A stretch of 64,000 nt of DNA, taken from assembly GCA_963663475.2 (NCBI GenBank), contig CAXXJV010000001.1, positions 960,001-1,024,000 of the forward strand. The letters run 5' to 3'. Shown piece by piece: positions 35,736 to 45,980 of the stretch. Under the pieces are notes generated by a model. That model did no database searches and was not told the DNA's origin. It was given only the letters and a program-made list of their open reading frames with translations. How positions within the stretch are numbered: position 1 is the first letter of the stretch; each line of letters starts with the position of its first letter. A program made the position numbers and the translations under genes. Source of the DNA: Candidatus Cloacimonadales bacterium (GTDB lineage: Bacteria; Cloacimonadota; Cloacimonadia; Cloacimonadales; JAFGVF01).

Positions 35736-36422
35736 GTGAAAATAAGTGCTATTATAACTGCTGGTGGTTGTGGTAAGAGGTTACCAGGAAAAGTAAAAAA
35801 GCAGTTTCTTCTTTTAGATGATAAGCCAATACTTTTTCATACTATAGAAAGGTTCTTGACAAAAAAAATCATCTCCGAGATTATTATATCTCTGCCACCT
35901 GATGATTATATTCACCAAAGTGAATTGATAAAAGACTGCTATGGTAAGACTAAACTGAAGTTTGTTAAGGGAGGAAAAGAAAGGCAGGATTCTGTCTATA
36001 ATGCCCTATTAGCCTGTGATCCTGATTGTGATATTGTTTTAATACATGATGGAGTTAGACCTTTTTTCGGGTCTGGTCTTATAGAAGAAATGATTAAAGA
36101 AGTTAAAATAGGAAGGGGAGTAATACCTGTAAGCAAGGTGAAATTCACAATTAAAGAATGTGAAGAAGGATTTGTGAGCAGGACTATCCCGAGAGATAAA
36201 TTATATAATGTTCATACACCACAATGTTTTGATTATCAAGACATCTTAGAATTGAACAAACAGATGATGAGAGATGACATACTCTTTACTGATGATGCTT
36301 CCCTATATGAAATGATGGGGCTAGAAGTAAAAACTGTAAGAGAAACTGACTATAACATTAAGATAACAACACAAGAAGATCTTTTATATGCAGAATTCTT
36401 GTTGTCTAAGCTTAAGTATTAA
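35736..36422 (+). CDS. ispD: 2-C-methyl-D-erythritol 4-phosphate cytidylyltransferase
   Basis: AGG.GKR...KQFL, GG.ERQDSV, IHDGVRPF, TPQ, TDDAS, NIKIT. Confidence 0.93.
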   Translation: MKISAIITAGGCGKRLPGKVKKQFLLLDDKPILFHTIERFLTKKIISEIIISLPPDDYIHQSELIKDCYGKTKLKFVKGGKERQDSVYNALLACDPDCDIVLIHDGVRPFFGSGLIEEMIKEVKIGRGVIPVSKVKFTIKECEEGFVSRTIPRDKLYNVHTPQCFDYQDILELNKQMMRDDILFTDDASLYEMMGLEVKTVRETDYNIKITTQEDLLYAEFLLSKLKY

Positions 36423-36442
36423 AAATTGTATACGGAGATTTA

Positions 36443-39169
36443 ATGAAGAGATTTATTAAGAAGTTTGAAAATAGTAAATTAAATATTCCAATTCCTGTTT
36501 TGGGACTTGGTTGCGGTGTTTTGGGTTTAAGTTTAAATAAGATATCTGTTGATATTGGTAAATATGCATCTACACTACTTAGGGCCTTAGAGTATAGAGG
36601 TTATGATTCTACTGGGGCTGTTTTTCAAAATAAAAAAGATATTACACTATTAAAAGATGTGGGAGCTCCAAGTACTTTAGTAAAAACCCTAGGGATCGAA
36701 AAGCAGGCAGGTAAAATATTTTGTGGTCAAGTTCGTTGGGCAACTTTTGGGCAAGTTGATAAAAAGAACGCCCAACCTCATTGGGTTAAATGTAAAAGGG
36801 AACTCTATGGAGCTCATAATGGTAACATTACTAATACACGTGACTTAAGGGAGTTTTTGTTAGCTGAAGGCCATAATGTTGTTTCTGATAATGATGGGGA
36901 AATGTTGGTTCATACTGTAGAACACTATTTCGATATTGAATTAGGTAAACATAAAGAAGCAGACCAGAATAATGCAGAAATCAGAAAAGAAGCTATGCGT
37001 AAAGCTATTGTACAAGCTGGTAAAAAAGCAGTTGGCTCTTATGCTGCTGTAGTCTGTGATCCTATTACTGAAGTTTCTTGGGCAATTAAATCTGGTTCTT
37101 CTCTCTATTTTGGTATGGGTGAGATTGATGGACACAAGTTTGGTTTAGCTTCCTCAGATTTAACTGCAGTTTTGCGTTTTACTAAAATGCTTGTTAATTT
37201 AAGAGAAGGAGAGTTTGTTGAATATACCTCAGAAGGCTATCAACTTTTTGCTCAAAAACCTCTATGTTTCAAGAAAGTTGGTGAGAAAGATGAGTGTTAT
37301 GAACCAGGTGATAAGATTAAGAAAGAACTTGTTAGATCAAAATTAAGGGCTGAAGACACTGAACTTCTTCCCCAATATGATTATTTCATGGAACAAGAGA
37401 TTCAATCTCAACCTGAATCCACAGGTAAGCTTATCAAGATTTACCAAGGTGGCTCTAACACTGGTAGGAGAATGATAGAATTCTTAAAGAGAGAAGATAT
37501 CTTTACAAGTATAGAAAAACTTTCTCATGATATTGCTAAGGTGGAAGACTTTGAAAAAAAGAAAAAGCATTTTGATAAGTTTTTAAATGATAAAAAATCA
37601 GATGAATATTATGAAAAGGTTAAAGATGGATATCAATCTATCTATGATGTTTTAGTTAAAGAAGATTTTGAAAACAAGTATTTATTCTCTGAAGAGAAAA
37701 ATTTGCTCATTGAGCTTATGAATGGCGGTTTTTCAAAGAAAAAATTACTTATTATCAAGGCATTAGATAGCTATTATGAAGATATAGAAAATAACCTCTA
37801 CCAAAAGAATGTGAATGATTTTATCAAACTTCTTGAAAACACAAAGAAAAATAAAGGTGTAACTTATTCTATAGCCTGTGGTACTTCCTATAACGCTACT
37901 AAGGTTGCTGCCCTTTTCTTTAACGAAATAGCTGGTGTGGAAATTATTCCAATTCTTCCTGGTGATTTCCGAGGTGAGTACTCTAACAGTTTGAAAGATC
38001 ATGATTTAATAATTGGTGTTTCTCAAAGCGGAGAAACAAAAGATTTAATTGATATCTTTAATGATATTGATGCATCAGGTTTAAACATAGGAAAAGTTGT
38101 GGTAGTGAATAATATGAATTCAACTCTTGGACAAGAGAAGAGTGATGTCGCTATTCCTATTCATTGTGGACCAGAAATTGCTGTTCCAGCTACGAAAAGT
38201 TTCATGAATCAACTTACTGTCTTTTATTATCTAGCTATCAAAACAGCTGAAAGAATGTTAGAGCTAGAAAGAGCTACAATGGAAAAAGCAGAAATTTGGG
38301 AAAAAGAACATATAATAGCTTATCGTAAAAAGACTCTTAAAGATATTCCTCTCTTATTGAAGGAAACTATATCAACTACCAAAGAACAAATAACTTATGT
38401 AGCAAACAAAACATATATGGAACCTTCAATGCATTTGCTTGCTACCAAGATATCAGGGGTTGCTTTTGAGGGAGCTTTAAAAATTAGAGAAACTGTGCTT
38501 AACCATACAGAAGGAAGAGAAGCTTCTGAATTCAAACATGGACCTAACACTATTCTAGGAAAAAATACTATATTTGGATTGAAGAATGTTAAAAAATTAC
38601 TCAAAAAGATAAATCTATTACATGATTTAGTAGCAGCAAATGCTGATAAATATAACTTGATCCCAGATGATACTATGGCTTTAAACAAGGCTATTACTAG
38701 TTATATCTTTGATAGAACTTTCCCTTTTAATTTATCAACTAATGCTACAGAACTCTTTAAGAAACTTGTCTCTGAAATAGATTTCTTCGATGAATTATAT
38801 AGAAATTATCCACTTGTATATATTACAGGTCCTGAGGAAAGAGATATTAACTTAACAATATCTCAAATAAATACCCATAAAATTAGAGGAGCAGATACCT
38901 TTATTATTGCTGAAGAGAATGATAAACTTATGGATAATGCTCGCTTGAATCCTTTTGGAGATAGTAAATATTATGGATGGGGTTATATACCTCTACCTAA
39001 AACTGGTGATACATTAATGACTTGTTTCTCAGCATCTATAGCTTTGCAATTGCTTGCTCTAGCTATGAGTATTAAAAAAATGGAATACTTAGATAGATTA
39101 GGCATGGTTGAGCATGGTGTGCACCCTGATGTGCCTAAAAATGTATCAAAATCTATCACTGTTGATTAA
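36443..39169 (+). CDS. glmS: glutamine--fructose-6-phosphate amidotransferase-like protein (atypical, 908 aa)
   Basis: CGV, LEYRGYDS, RWAT, HNG, SQSGET, GPEIAVPATKSF, EGALKIRE, KHGP, PKNVSKSITVD. Confidence 0.85.
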   Translation: MKRFIKKFENSKLNIPIPVLGLGCGVLGLSLNKISVDIGKYASTLLRALEYRGYDSTGAVFQNKKDITLLKDVGAPSTLVKTLGIEKQAGKIFCGQVRWATFGQVDKKNAQPHWVKCKRELYGAHNGNITNTRDLREFLLAEGHNVVSDNDGEMLVHTVEHYFDIELGKHKEADQNNAEIRKEAMRKAIVQAGKKAVGSYAAVVCDPITEVSWAIKSGSSLYFGMGEIDGHKFGLASSDLTAVLRFTKMLVNLREGEFVEYTSEGYQLFAQKPLCFKKVGEKDECYEPGDKIKKELVRSKLRAEDTELLPQYDYFMEQEIQSQPESTGKLIKIYQGGSNTGRRMIEFLKREDIFTSIEKLSHDIAKVEDFEKKKKHFDKFLNDKKSDEYYEKVKDGYQSIYDVLVKEDFENKYLFSEEKNLLIELMNGGFSKKKLLIIKALDSYYEDIENNLYQKNVNDFIKLLENTKKNKGVTYSIACGTSYNATKVAALFFNEIAGVEIIPILPGDFRGEYSNSLKDHDLIIGVSQSGETKDLIDIFNDIDASGLNIGKVVVVNNMNSTLGQEKSDVAIPIHCGPEIAVPATKSFMNQLTVFYYLAIKTAERMLELERATMEKAEIWEKEHIIAYRKKTLKDIPLLLKETISTTKEQITYVANKTYMEPSMHLLATKISGVAFEGALKIRETVLNHTEGREASEFKHGPNTILGKNTIFGLKNVKKLLKKINLLHDLVAANADKYNLIPDDTMALNKAITSYIFDRTFPFNLSTNATELFKKLVSEIDFFDELYRNYPLVYITGPEERDINLTISQINTHKIRGADTFIIAEENDKLMDNARLNPFGDSKYYGWGYIPLPKTGDTLMTCFSASIALQLLALAMSIKKMEYLDRLGMVEHGVHPDVPKNVSKSITVD

Positions 39170-39252
39170 TATCTAAAAATAATTCTTGACATTTAGTTAA
39201 CTTTATAAACTATAGGTCTAATATTAAAAAATAAATAAAAAGGAGATGCAGA

Positions 39253-39300
39253 ATGATTAACTTAAGCATTAAAAATAATGTTAAATTAAGAAGTAATTAA
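39253..39300 (+). CDS. putative hflX leader peptide MINLSIKNNVKLRSN
   Basis: AAAAGGAG RBS 7 nt upstream; lies in a structured leader. Confidence 0.6.
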   Translation: MINLSIKNNVKLRSN

Positions 39301-39386
39301 TCTGCACTGATACCTTGAAACATATTTAAGTTATGGGATCAGTGGAGTTTGAAAACTATGCTGATCCTATTATTGCGTCAAATTTT

Positions 39387-39433
39387 ACCCGGAATCTTGT
39401 CCAATATGGATTAGCATTCCGGGTTTCTTTTTT
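39387..39433 (+). terminator. putative attenuator terminator upstream of hflX
   Basis: ACCCGGAAT...ATTCCGGGT stem followed by TTCTTTTTT, ~35 nt before the hflX start. Confidence 0.7.
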
Positions 39434-39466
39434 CCGGGGATTTACTTAGAATAAGAAGGAGAAAAT

Positions 39467-40801
39467 ATGTCTAAAGATAAATTATTAGAAAGTGATAATG
39501 AGATTATTCTTGATCCCAATCAAGCAATATTGATAGGAGTATGCTTACAAAAAGAAGATCTAAATGATAAAGAAAAATCATTAGATGAACTTGAGTTATT
39601 AGCTAAGACAGCTGGACTTCGTTCAGTTTATAAGAGAATACAGAAACGTGATAAAATAGATGGTGGAACTTTCGTAGGAAAGGGTTTTTTACTTGAGATT
39701 AAAGAATTAGCTAAAGAATTAAATGCTGGTTTGATAATCTTTGACAACGAGTTATCACCAACCCAAGGAAGAAATGTGTCTGAGATTCTAGAATTAGAAG
39801 TTAGTGATAGAACAGAGATTATTCTCAACATCTTCCATCATCATGCTCAAACACATGAAGCTGCTTTACAAGTGGAGTTAGCTGAACTGAATTATCAGTT
39901 ACCACGTTTAAAGAAACTGTGGTCTCACTTTGAAGGAAGTAGAGTTGCAGCTAGTGGAGGAAGTCAAGGTGGAGGTTCTGCTGCACGTGGTAGTGGTGAA
40001 ACTCAGCTAGAGCTAGATAAGAGAATTATCAGAAATCAAATAGTAACTATCGAGAAGAAGTTAAAATCTATTATGACTCAAAAAGATACTCAAAGTAAGC
40101 AGAGAGCAAATCTTAAACGGGTATGTTTAGTAGGTTATACTAATGCAGGTAAGTCAACATTATTTAATCAATTAACTGATGCAGGAGTATTAGCTGAAGA
40201 CAAACTTTTTGCTACCTTAGGTTCAACAGTTAGAATGTTGAAGTTAGATAGAGGCAAAGAGATAGTTTTATCAGATACTGTAGGATTCATATCGCAATTA
40301 CCTCACCACCTGGTAGCATCTTTTAGGGCTACACTTAAGGAGGTAACAGAAGCAGATTTACTTTTACATACGGTTGATGTTTCAGATCCTCGATTTGAGT
40401 TTTATATAGCTGAAGTGGAAAAAGTACTTGATTCTATTGGGGCCAAAGATATTAAGAGTCTCTTGGTCTTTAATAAAATTGATAAACTTGAAGCTACAAA
40501 ATTAGCTTTTCTCAGGGATAGATTTCCTCAAGCTGTTTTTATTTCAGCTCTTGATAGTAGTAATATCGAAGTCTTAACTAGTAAAATAGAAAACGAACTT
40601 CATAATTATGCAACATATCAGCTTTTTATTCCCTTTGTGGAACAGAAAAGTGCTTCTGACTTAGAAAAGTTAGGCCAGATAGTTAATAAAAAATATGAAG
40701 CTCAGGGGACAGAGTTTGTTGCAATCTTAAATGAAGAGGATGTTAGATTCTTCAGGAAGTTTTTGAGATATTCTGTTCAAGATTTTTATCCAAATATTTA
40801 G
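39467..40801 (+). CDS. hflX: ribosome-splitting GTPase HflX
   Basis: GETQLELD, VGYTNAGKSTL, KLFATL, DTVGFI, NKID. Confidence 0.97.
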   Translation: MSKDKLLESDNEIILDPNQAILIGVCLQKEDLNDKEKSLDELELLAKTAGLRSVYKRIQKRDKIDGGTFVGKGFLLEIKELAKELNAGLIIFDNELSPTQGRNVSEILELEVSDRTEIILNIFHHHAQTHEAALQVELAELNYQLPRLKKLWSHFEGSRVAASGGSQGGGSAARGSGETQLELDKRIIRNQIVTIEKKLKSIMTQKDTQSKQRANLKRVCLVGYTNAGKSTLFNQLTDAGVLAEDKLFATLGSTVRMLKLDRGKEIVLSDTVGFISQLPHHLVASFRATLKEVTEADLLLHTVDVSDPRFEFYIAEVEKVLDSIGAKDIKSLLVFNKIDKLEATKLAFLRDRFPQAVFISALDSSNIEVLTSKIENELHNYATYQLFIPFVEQKSASDLEKLGQIVNKKYEAQGTEFVAILNEEDVRFFRKFLRYSVQDFYPNI

Positions 40802-40979
40802 ACTATTCTTAGCAGAATAATGCTGAGATTAAAATAATCTTTAACGTCGTTAATCAATCTACATTTAGCTACCTTCATTCAATAATATTGGATGAAGGTA
40901 GTTTTTTGCTTGTGAATATATTCTCTTGACGTTTTTTCTTCTCATAAAATTATAAGCTATCAATCATAAGAGGATTAAA

Positions 40980-42434
40980 ATGGAAAAGATTAAAATTGAT
41001 TTATCTAACTTAAGCAAGATATTCCCACAAGAGTTTACAGAAGGTCAAAAAGCTAAAGCTCAGACTCTTTTTCTCAAGAAGTTATCTGAAAAAGCCCACA
41101 GATTTTATGGGGGTAAGATGCAAACACTACCAAAAGCAGGTCTTTATGGCTTCAATTGGTTCAATGTTTGGTATACACCAGGAGTATCACAAGTATCGAC
41201 TACTTTAAGAGATAATCCTATTGAAGCTTATAATATGAGTAACAAGGGCAATCTAGTAGCAGTTGTCTCAGATTCTACTCGTGTTTTAGGTGATGGTGAT
41301 TGTGGTAAGTATGGCGGATTAGGGGTTATGGAAGGTAAGGCTTTTTTAATGAAATATTTAGGTGGCATTGATGCGCTAGCTCTTTGTATTAACAATCGAG
41401 ACAAAGATGGTCAGCCAAATCCTGATAAAGTGATTGATTTTGTAAAAATGCTTGAACCTTCATTTGGGGCAGTTAATTTAGAAGATATTTCTCAACCTAA
41501 TTGCTATAAGGTCTTAGATGAACTAAGAAATGATTGTGAAATTCCTGTTTGGCATGATGATGCTCAAGGTACTGCTTCAGTAACCTTAGCAGGATTAATT
41601 AATGCTTTGAAATTGGCAGATAAAAAGATAGATCAAGTAAAAACAGTATTAATGGGGGCAGGGGCAGCTAACTCTACAATTGCTAAGATTCTCATGACAG
41701 CAGGTATGCCTGGAGAAAACATGGTGATTTTTGATGCTCAAGGAGCTTTATCTACTGAGAGAAATGATTTTGCAGAAGATGCATTATCTTATCGGCAATG
41801 GGAACTCTGTCAAAAAACTAATCCTCATAAAATTAAAGATATTACTAAGGCTATGCAGGGGGCTGATGTACTGATTGCAGTTTCCAAGCCTGGTCCTGAT
41901 ACAGTTAAGCCTGAATGGATTAAGACAATGAGTGAAAAAGCTATTGTTTTTACTTGTGCCAATCCTATTCCTGAAATCTATCCTTATGCAGCTAAAGAGG
42001 CTGGAGCTTACATAGTTGCTACTGGTAGAGGAGACTTTCCTAATCAAGTCAATAATTCACTTGGCTTTCCTGGTATTTTAAAAGGTGCTCTTACTGTTCA
42101 AGCAAGTAAAATTACAGACAATATGGCAATTGCAGCAGCCTATTCATTGGCTAATTATGCAGAGAAAAGGGGTATTACTCCAGACAATATTATCCCCACA
42201 ATGGATGAGACAGAGGTCTTTCCTCAAGAAGCAGCTGATGTTGCTATGCAGGCAATTAAAGATGGAGTAGCTAGAAGACATCTTAGTCATGAAGAGGTCT
42301 TTAATATTGCTAAAAATGACATCCAAGAAGCAAGAGATACCATGAAACTTCTTATGGAACAGGGAATGATAAAGCAGCCACCTTTGGAGATGCTAGAAGA
42401 AGTATTAACATGGACAATCTCGCAGATTAGATAA
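40980..42434 (+). CDS. NAD(P)-dependent malic enzyme
   Basis: YTPGV, VMEGKA, NLEDI, HDDAQGTA, GAGAA, ATGRGDFPNQVNN. Confidence 0.92.
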   Translation: MEKIKIDLSNLSKIFPQEFTEGQKAKAQTLFLKKLSEKAHRFYGGKMQTLPKAGLYGFNWFNVWYTPGVSQVSTTLRDNPIEAYNMSNKGNLVAVVSDSTRVLGDGDCGKYGGLGVMEGKAFLMKYLGGIDALALCINNRDKDGQPNPDKVIDFVKMLEPSFGAVNLEDISQPNCYKVLDELRNDCEIPVWHDDAQGTASVTLAGLINALKLADKKIDQVKTVLMGAGAANSTIAKILMTAGMPGENMVIFDAQGALSTERNDFAEDALSYRQWELCQKTNPHKIKDITKAMQGADVLIAVSKPGPDTVKPEWIKTMSEKAIVFTCANPIPEIYPYAAKEAGAYIVATGRGDFPNQVNNSLGFPGILKGALTVQASKITDNMAIAAAYSLANYAEKRGITPDNIIPTMDETEVFPQEAADVAMQAIKDGVARRHLSHEEVFNIAKNDIQEARDTMKLLMEQGMIKQPPLEMLEEVLTWTISQIR

Positions 42435-42441
42435 TAAAAAG

Positions 42442-43827
42442 ATGATTAAAGGTTTTCCAAAATTAGCTGTCATAGTCTTTTTGACTATCTTAGTCTTTGC
42501 TCTCTACACTTTACTTATTCCCAAATATAATTATAGTAAGCTGTTTAAGCAGGGTAATGATTCTCTACTAGTTCTTGCTTCAGATATTACTCAAAGAGAC
42601 TCATTACAATCTAGTAAGCTTCAAGAAGAGTCAAAGCCTAAAAAGAAGAAAAAAAAGTATGTTAAGAAAATTAAGCCAGTTTCTTTTGATGAGATTATTG
42701 GTGGAGATAATTTTACTAACATAAAACCATTTTTTTCTAAGTTAAAGAAGCTAGATAAAAATGAGAAGGTAAAAGTCAGAATAGCTTATTTTGGGGATTC
42801 CATTACTGAATCTGATTTAGCAACTAATCGTTTGAGAAGTGTTTGGCAAGATAGTCTTGGAGGTAAAGGTATTGGATTTCTGCCTGCTGTTTCTAAGTTA
42901 AGTCAATATAGGGCATCAATCAAGCATACTTATAGCAATAACTGGAAAGAGTATTCTATAAGCAGAAAGCAAGATAGAGCATATCCTCTGGGTCTCTTTG
43001 GCAATGTTGCGGTTCCCTCTCAAATTAAAATGGATTCTTTAGGGATTGACACTAGTAGTGTCAGTTGGCATTCATTTAGTATGATGGAGGGGAACTGGTT
43101 AGCAAAGCCTACATTAATGGTTTTAAACCCTAAAGCTCCTTTGGAGATTGAATATTTAGCAAATCGAGATACATTAAGAAAAACTATTAAGGTCAGCGAT
43201 AAACTTCAGTTTATTTCTCTTAGTGATTCCTTGTTAAAATACTTATCTATTTCTTACTATCCCCAAGATACTACATATGTATATGGACTTGATTTTAGTG
43301 ATAATAAAGGGATTTATTTAGATAATTACTCACTGAGAGGCAATAAAGGAAATAATTTCCTCTACTTAGAAAAATCTATTCTTGAACAAGCATTTGCCTT
43401 TTTTAATTATGACCTGCTTATCTTACATTATGGTGCTAATGTAACAGACCCAATTATGAAAGATTATAGCTGGTATAGAATCTCGATGAAGAAGAATATC
43501 AGGTATTTGAAAGAGACTTTACAGGAAACACCAATAATTCTATTTAGCGTAGGTGATAGGGGGGCTATGAAAGATTCTTTATGGCTTTCTTCACCTGATT
43601 TACCTTACTTAATCAAAGAACAAAAGAGAATTGCTAAAGACACTGATATTGGTTTCTTCAATGTTTTTACTGCCTTGGGAGGAGAAAATAGTAATGTTAA
43701 ACTGGAAAAAAATAAAATCTTAACTCCAGACCATACTCACTTCACTCGTAAAGGAGCTAGGTATTTTGGAGACTTATTATATAATAAATTTAATGATGAA
43801 TATCTCAAATTCTTGGAAAATAAATGA
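42442..43827 (+). CDS. SGNH/GDSL hydrolase-family O-acetyltransferase partner (PatB/AlgJ-like)
   Basis: FGDS, YGAN, PDHTH motifs; N-terminal anchor; coupled to MBOAT. Confidence 0.75.
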   Translation: MIKGFPKLAVIVFLTILVFALYTLLIPKYNYSKLFKQGNDSLLVLASDITQRDSLQSSKLQEESKPKKKKKKYVKKIKPVSFDEIIGGDNFTNIKPFFSKLKKLDKNEKVKVRIAYFGDSITESDLATNRLRSVWQDSLGGKGIGFLPAVSKLSQYRASIKHTYSNNWKEYSISRKQDRAYPLGLFGNVAVPSQIKMDSLGIDTSSVSWHSFSMMEGNWLAKPTLMVLNPKAPLEIEYLANRDTLRKTIKVSDKLQFISLSDSLLKYLSISYYPQDTTYVYGLDFSDNKGIYLDNYSLRGNKGNNFLYLEKSILEQAFAFFNYDLLILHYGANVTDPIMKDYSWYRISMKKNIRYLKETLQETPIILFSVGDRGAMKDSLWLSSPDLPYLIKEQKRIAKDTDIGFFNVFTALGGENSNVKLEKNKILTPDHTHFTRKGARYFGDLLYNKFNDEYLKFLENK

Positions 43828-45368
43828 TGTTGGATAAAATACTAAACTTTTTTACTTATGATTCTGCCAATCCAATTCAGTTTAATTCACCTGCTTTTTT
43901 AGTTTTCATAAGTCTTGTTTTTATTGGCTATCCTTATGTTGTTAGAAAAATAAAAGTTAGAACTATTTATCTTCTCTTATTTTCTCTCTTTTTCTTTTAT
44001 AAAACTTCAGGAGTATTTTGGCTACTTCTCGTAGGAACAGGCCTGATAAACTTCATATTAGGTAAGTTAATCTACAATAATAGGAAAGATGCTAAAATTT
44101 ATTTAATTCTGAGTATAATCTGGAATCTAGCCTCTCTCTCTTATTTTAAATATACTAATTATGTTATAGATGCCTTTAATGCTATGAGTGGCAGCCAAAT
44201 TAATCCTCTAGATATTGTATTTCCAGCAGGAATATCCTTCTTTACTTTTCAAACAATGAGCTATACTATAGATATTTATCGAAAAAAACTCAAAGCTATT
44301 AATAGTTTTTTGGATTTTGCTTTCTTTGTTAGCTTCTTCCCACAATTAGTTGCTGGCCCTATTGTTCGAGCTGCAGATTTTCTACCCCAGATTAATAAGA
44401 AAAAAACACTATCTAATAAAGATATTTCTCAAGCCCTATTACTTATCTTAAATGGACTCTTCAAGAAAATGTTAATTGCTGATTTCTTGGCTCTCCATTA
44501 TATCCAGAATGTCTTTGCTAACCCTACAGCTTTTGACGGATTTACAAATCTTATAGCTGTTTATGCCTATGCTATTAAAATATATTGCGACTTTTCTGCC
44601 TATTCTGATATGGCTATTGGACTAGCTAAATTATTGGGTTTTAACTTACTAGAAAACTTTAATTTCCCTTATAGAGCTACTTCGGTAAAAGACTTTTGGG
44701 CAAGATGGCATATCTCACTTTCCACTTGGCTACGTGATTATCTCTATATCCCTCTTGGAGGAAATAGGAAAGGTAATGTCTATTTAAACCTCATGATTAC
44801 TATGCTTCTAGGAGGACTTTGGCATGTTAGACCAAATGCCTTTTGGACATATATCACCTGGGGTGCTTTACATGGAATAGCCTTAATTATCCATAGAATA
44901 TGGGCAAAAACTAGTTTAGCTACTTTTATCAACAAGAAACAAGTTCTTTCCCTATCATTAAAACCTCTAGCTTGGTTAATTACTTTTAATTTTATCTGTT
45001 TAACTTGGGTCTTTTTCAGAGCAAATACAGTGTCTAATGCCTGGGTTATGCTTACAGCAATTTTTTCAGATTTATCCTTACAGCAATTTTCTTATTGGTT
45101 GGGGGAATACAGAATTGTCGCTATTATTCTCTTAATTAGCTATATTCTTCACTTCCTACCTACTAGTATAGATCTTAAACTGTCTAAGGAAATTAGCAAA
45201 TTAGGACTTATTGCACATGTAATAATCCTGTCCCTCTCTCTAATTATCCTCAGCGAATTCCAAAGATTTGAGAAAGCTTTTGCTAGTTTCTCTAGGGTAA
45301 ATAATGAAGAAAATATCCAAGAAGAGAGTGAATATAAGGTCCAGCAATTTGAATACTACAAGTTTTAA
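43824..45368 (+). CDS. MBOAT O-acyltransferase (AlgI/PatA family)
   Basis: GISFFTFQ, FFPQLVAGPI, ENF..PY, FWARWHISLSTWLRDYLYIPLGGNR, GLWH. Confidence 0.93.
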   Translation: MMLDKILNFFTYDSANPIQFNSPAFLVFISLVFIGYPYVVRKIKVRTIYLLLFSLFFFYKTSGVFWLLLVGTGLINFILGKLIYNNRKDAKIYLILSIIWNLASLSYFKYTNYVIDAFNAMSGSQINPLDIVFPAGISFFTFQTMSYTIDIYRKKLKAINSFLDFAFFVSFFPQLVAGPIVRAADFLPQINKKKTLSNKDISQALLLILNGLFKKMLIADFLALHYIQNVFANPTAFDGFTNLIAVYAYAIKIYCDFSAYSDMAIGLAKLLGFNLLENFNFPYRATSVKDFWARWHISLSTWLRDYLYIPLGGNRKGNVYLNLMITMLLGGLWHVRPNAFWTYITWGALHGIALIIHRIWAKTSLATFINKKQVLSLSLKPLAWLITFNFICLTWVFFRANTVSNAWVMLTAIFSDLSLQQFSYWLGEYRIVAIILLISYILHFLPTSIDLKLSKEISKLGLIAHVIILSLSLIILSEFQRFEKAFASFSRVNNEENIQEESEYKVQQFEYYKF

Positions 45369-45398
45369 AGCCCTTAATAATGGGCTTTTTTAATAAAA

Positions 45399-45425
45399 TT
45401 AGCAGTCTTTTAAAAATTCTGCTAA
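45399..45425. promoter_or_regulatory. CIRCE-like (HrcA) operator
   Basis: TTAGCAGTC-N9-TTCTGCTAA versus consensus TTAGCACTC-N9-GAGTGCTAA, upstream of hsp20. Confidence 0.65.
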
Positions 45426-45511
45426 TTTTTATTTGCATTATCCTAATCTTTGATTATATTACTAGTGTAATTAAAGAAAATAATAAAAAAAACTAAAGAT
45501 TAGGAGGAAAT

Positions 45512-45916
45512 ATGAACTTCTTAAAAACTAGAAATTATATGCCAAGCTGGTCATTGTTTGATGAGTTACTAAACAGCTTTGAAGCTGATGATGCAAGAAG
45601 AATGGCTCTTGATATTATTGAAAATGAAAAAGAGTTTGTAATCAAGGCTGATCTTCCTGGATTTGATAAAAAAGATATTAAGGTTTCTGTAAAGAATAAT
45701 CAATTAACTATTGAAGCTGAGAAGAATGTTGAAAACAAAGTTGAAAGTGGAACTATTCACAGAGAAGAAAGATTCTCAGGTAAATATATGAGAACTTTAT
45801 CACTTCCTGAAAACTGTGTTAGCAATAATATCTCAGCAAAATTGGAAAATGGGGTTCTTGATCTTATAATTAGGAAAAAAGAGATTGAACCTGCTAAACA
45901 AATTACTATCGATTAA
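45512..45916 (+). CDS. Hsp20/alpha-crystallin small heat shock protein
   Basis: DIIE, ADLPG..K.DI, ERFSG...R...LP, A.LENGVL. Confidence 0.95.
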   Translation: MNFLKTRNYMPSWSLFDELLNSFEADDARRMALDIIENEKEFVIKADLPGFDKKDIKVSVKNNQLTIEAEKNVENKVESGTIHREERFSGKYMRTLSLPENCVSNNISAKLENGVLDLIIRKKEIEPAKQITID

Positions 45917-45980
45917 CTCTCCTATCAAAAGTAAATAAGCTAAGAATAGAAAGCCCTGGTTGCGACTAGGGCTTTTTTTA

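Noticed and set aside
36423-36442. glmS ribozyme
   Set aside because: Only 20 nt separate ispD and glmS
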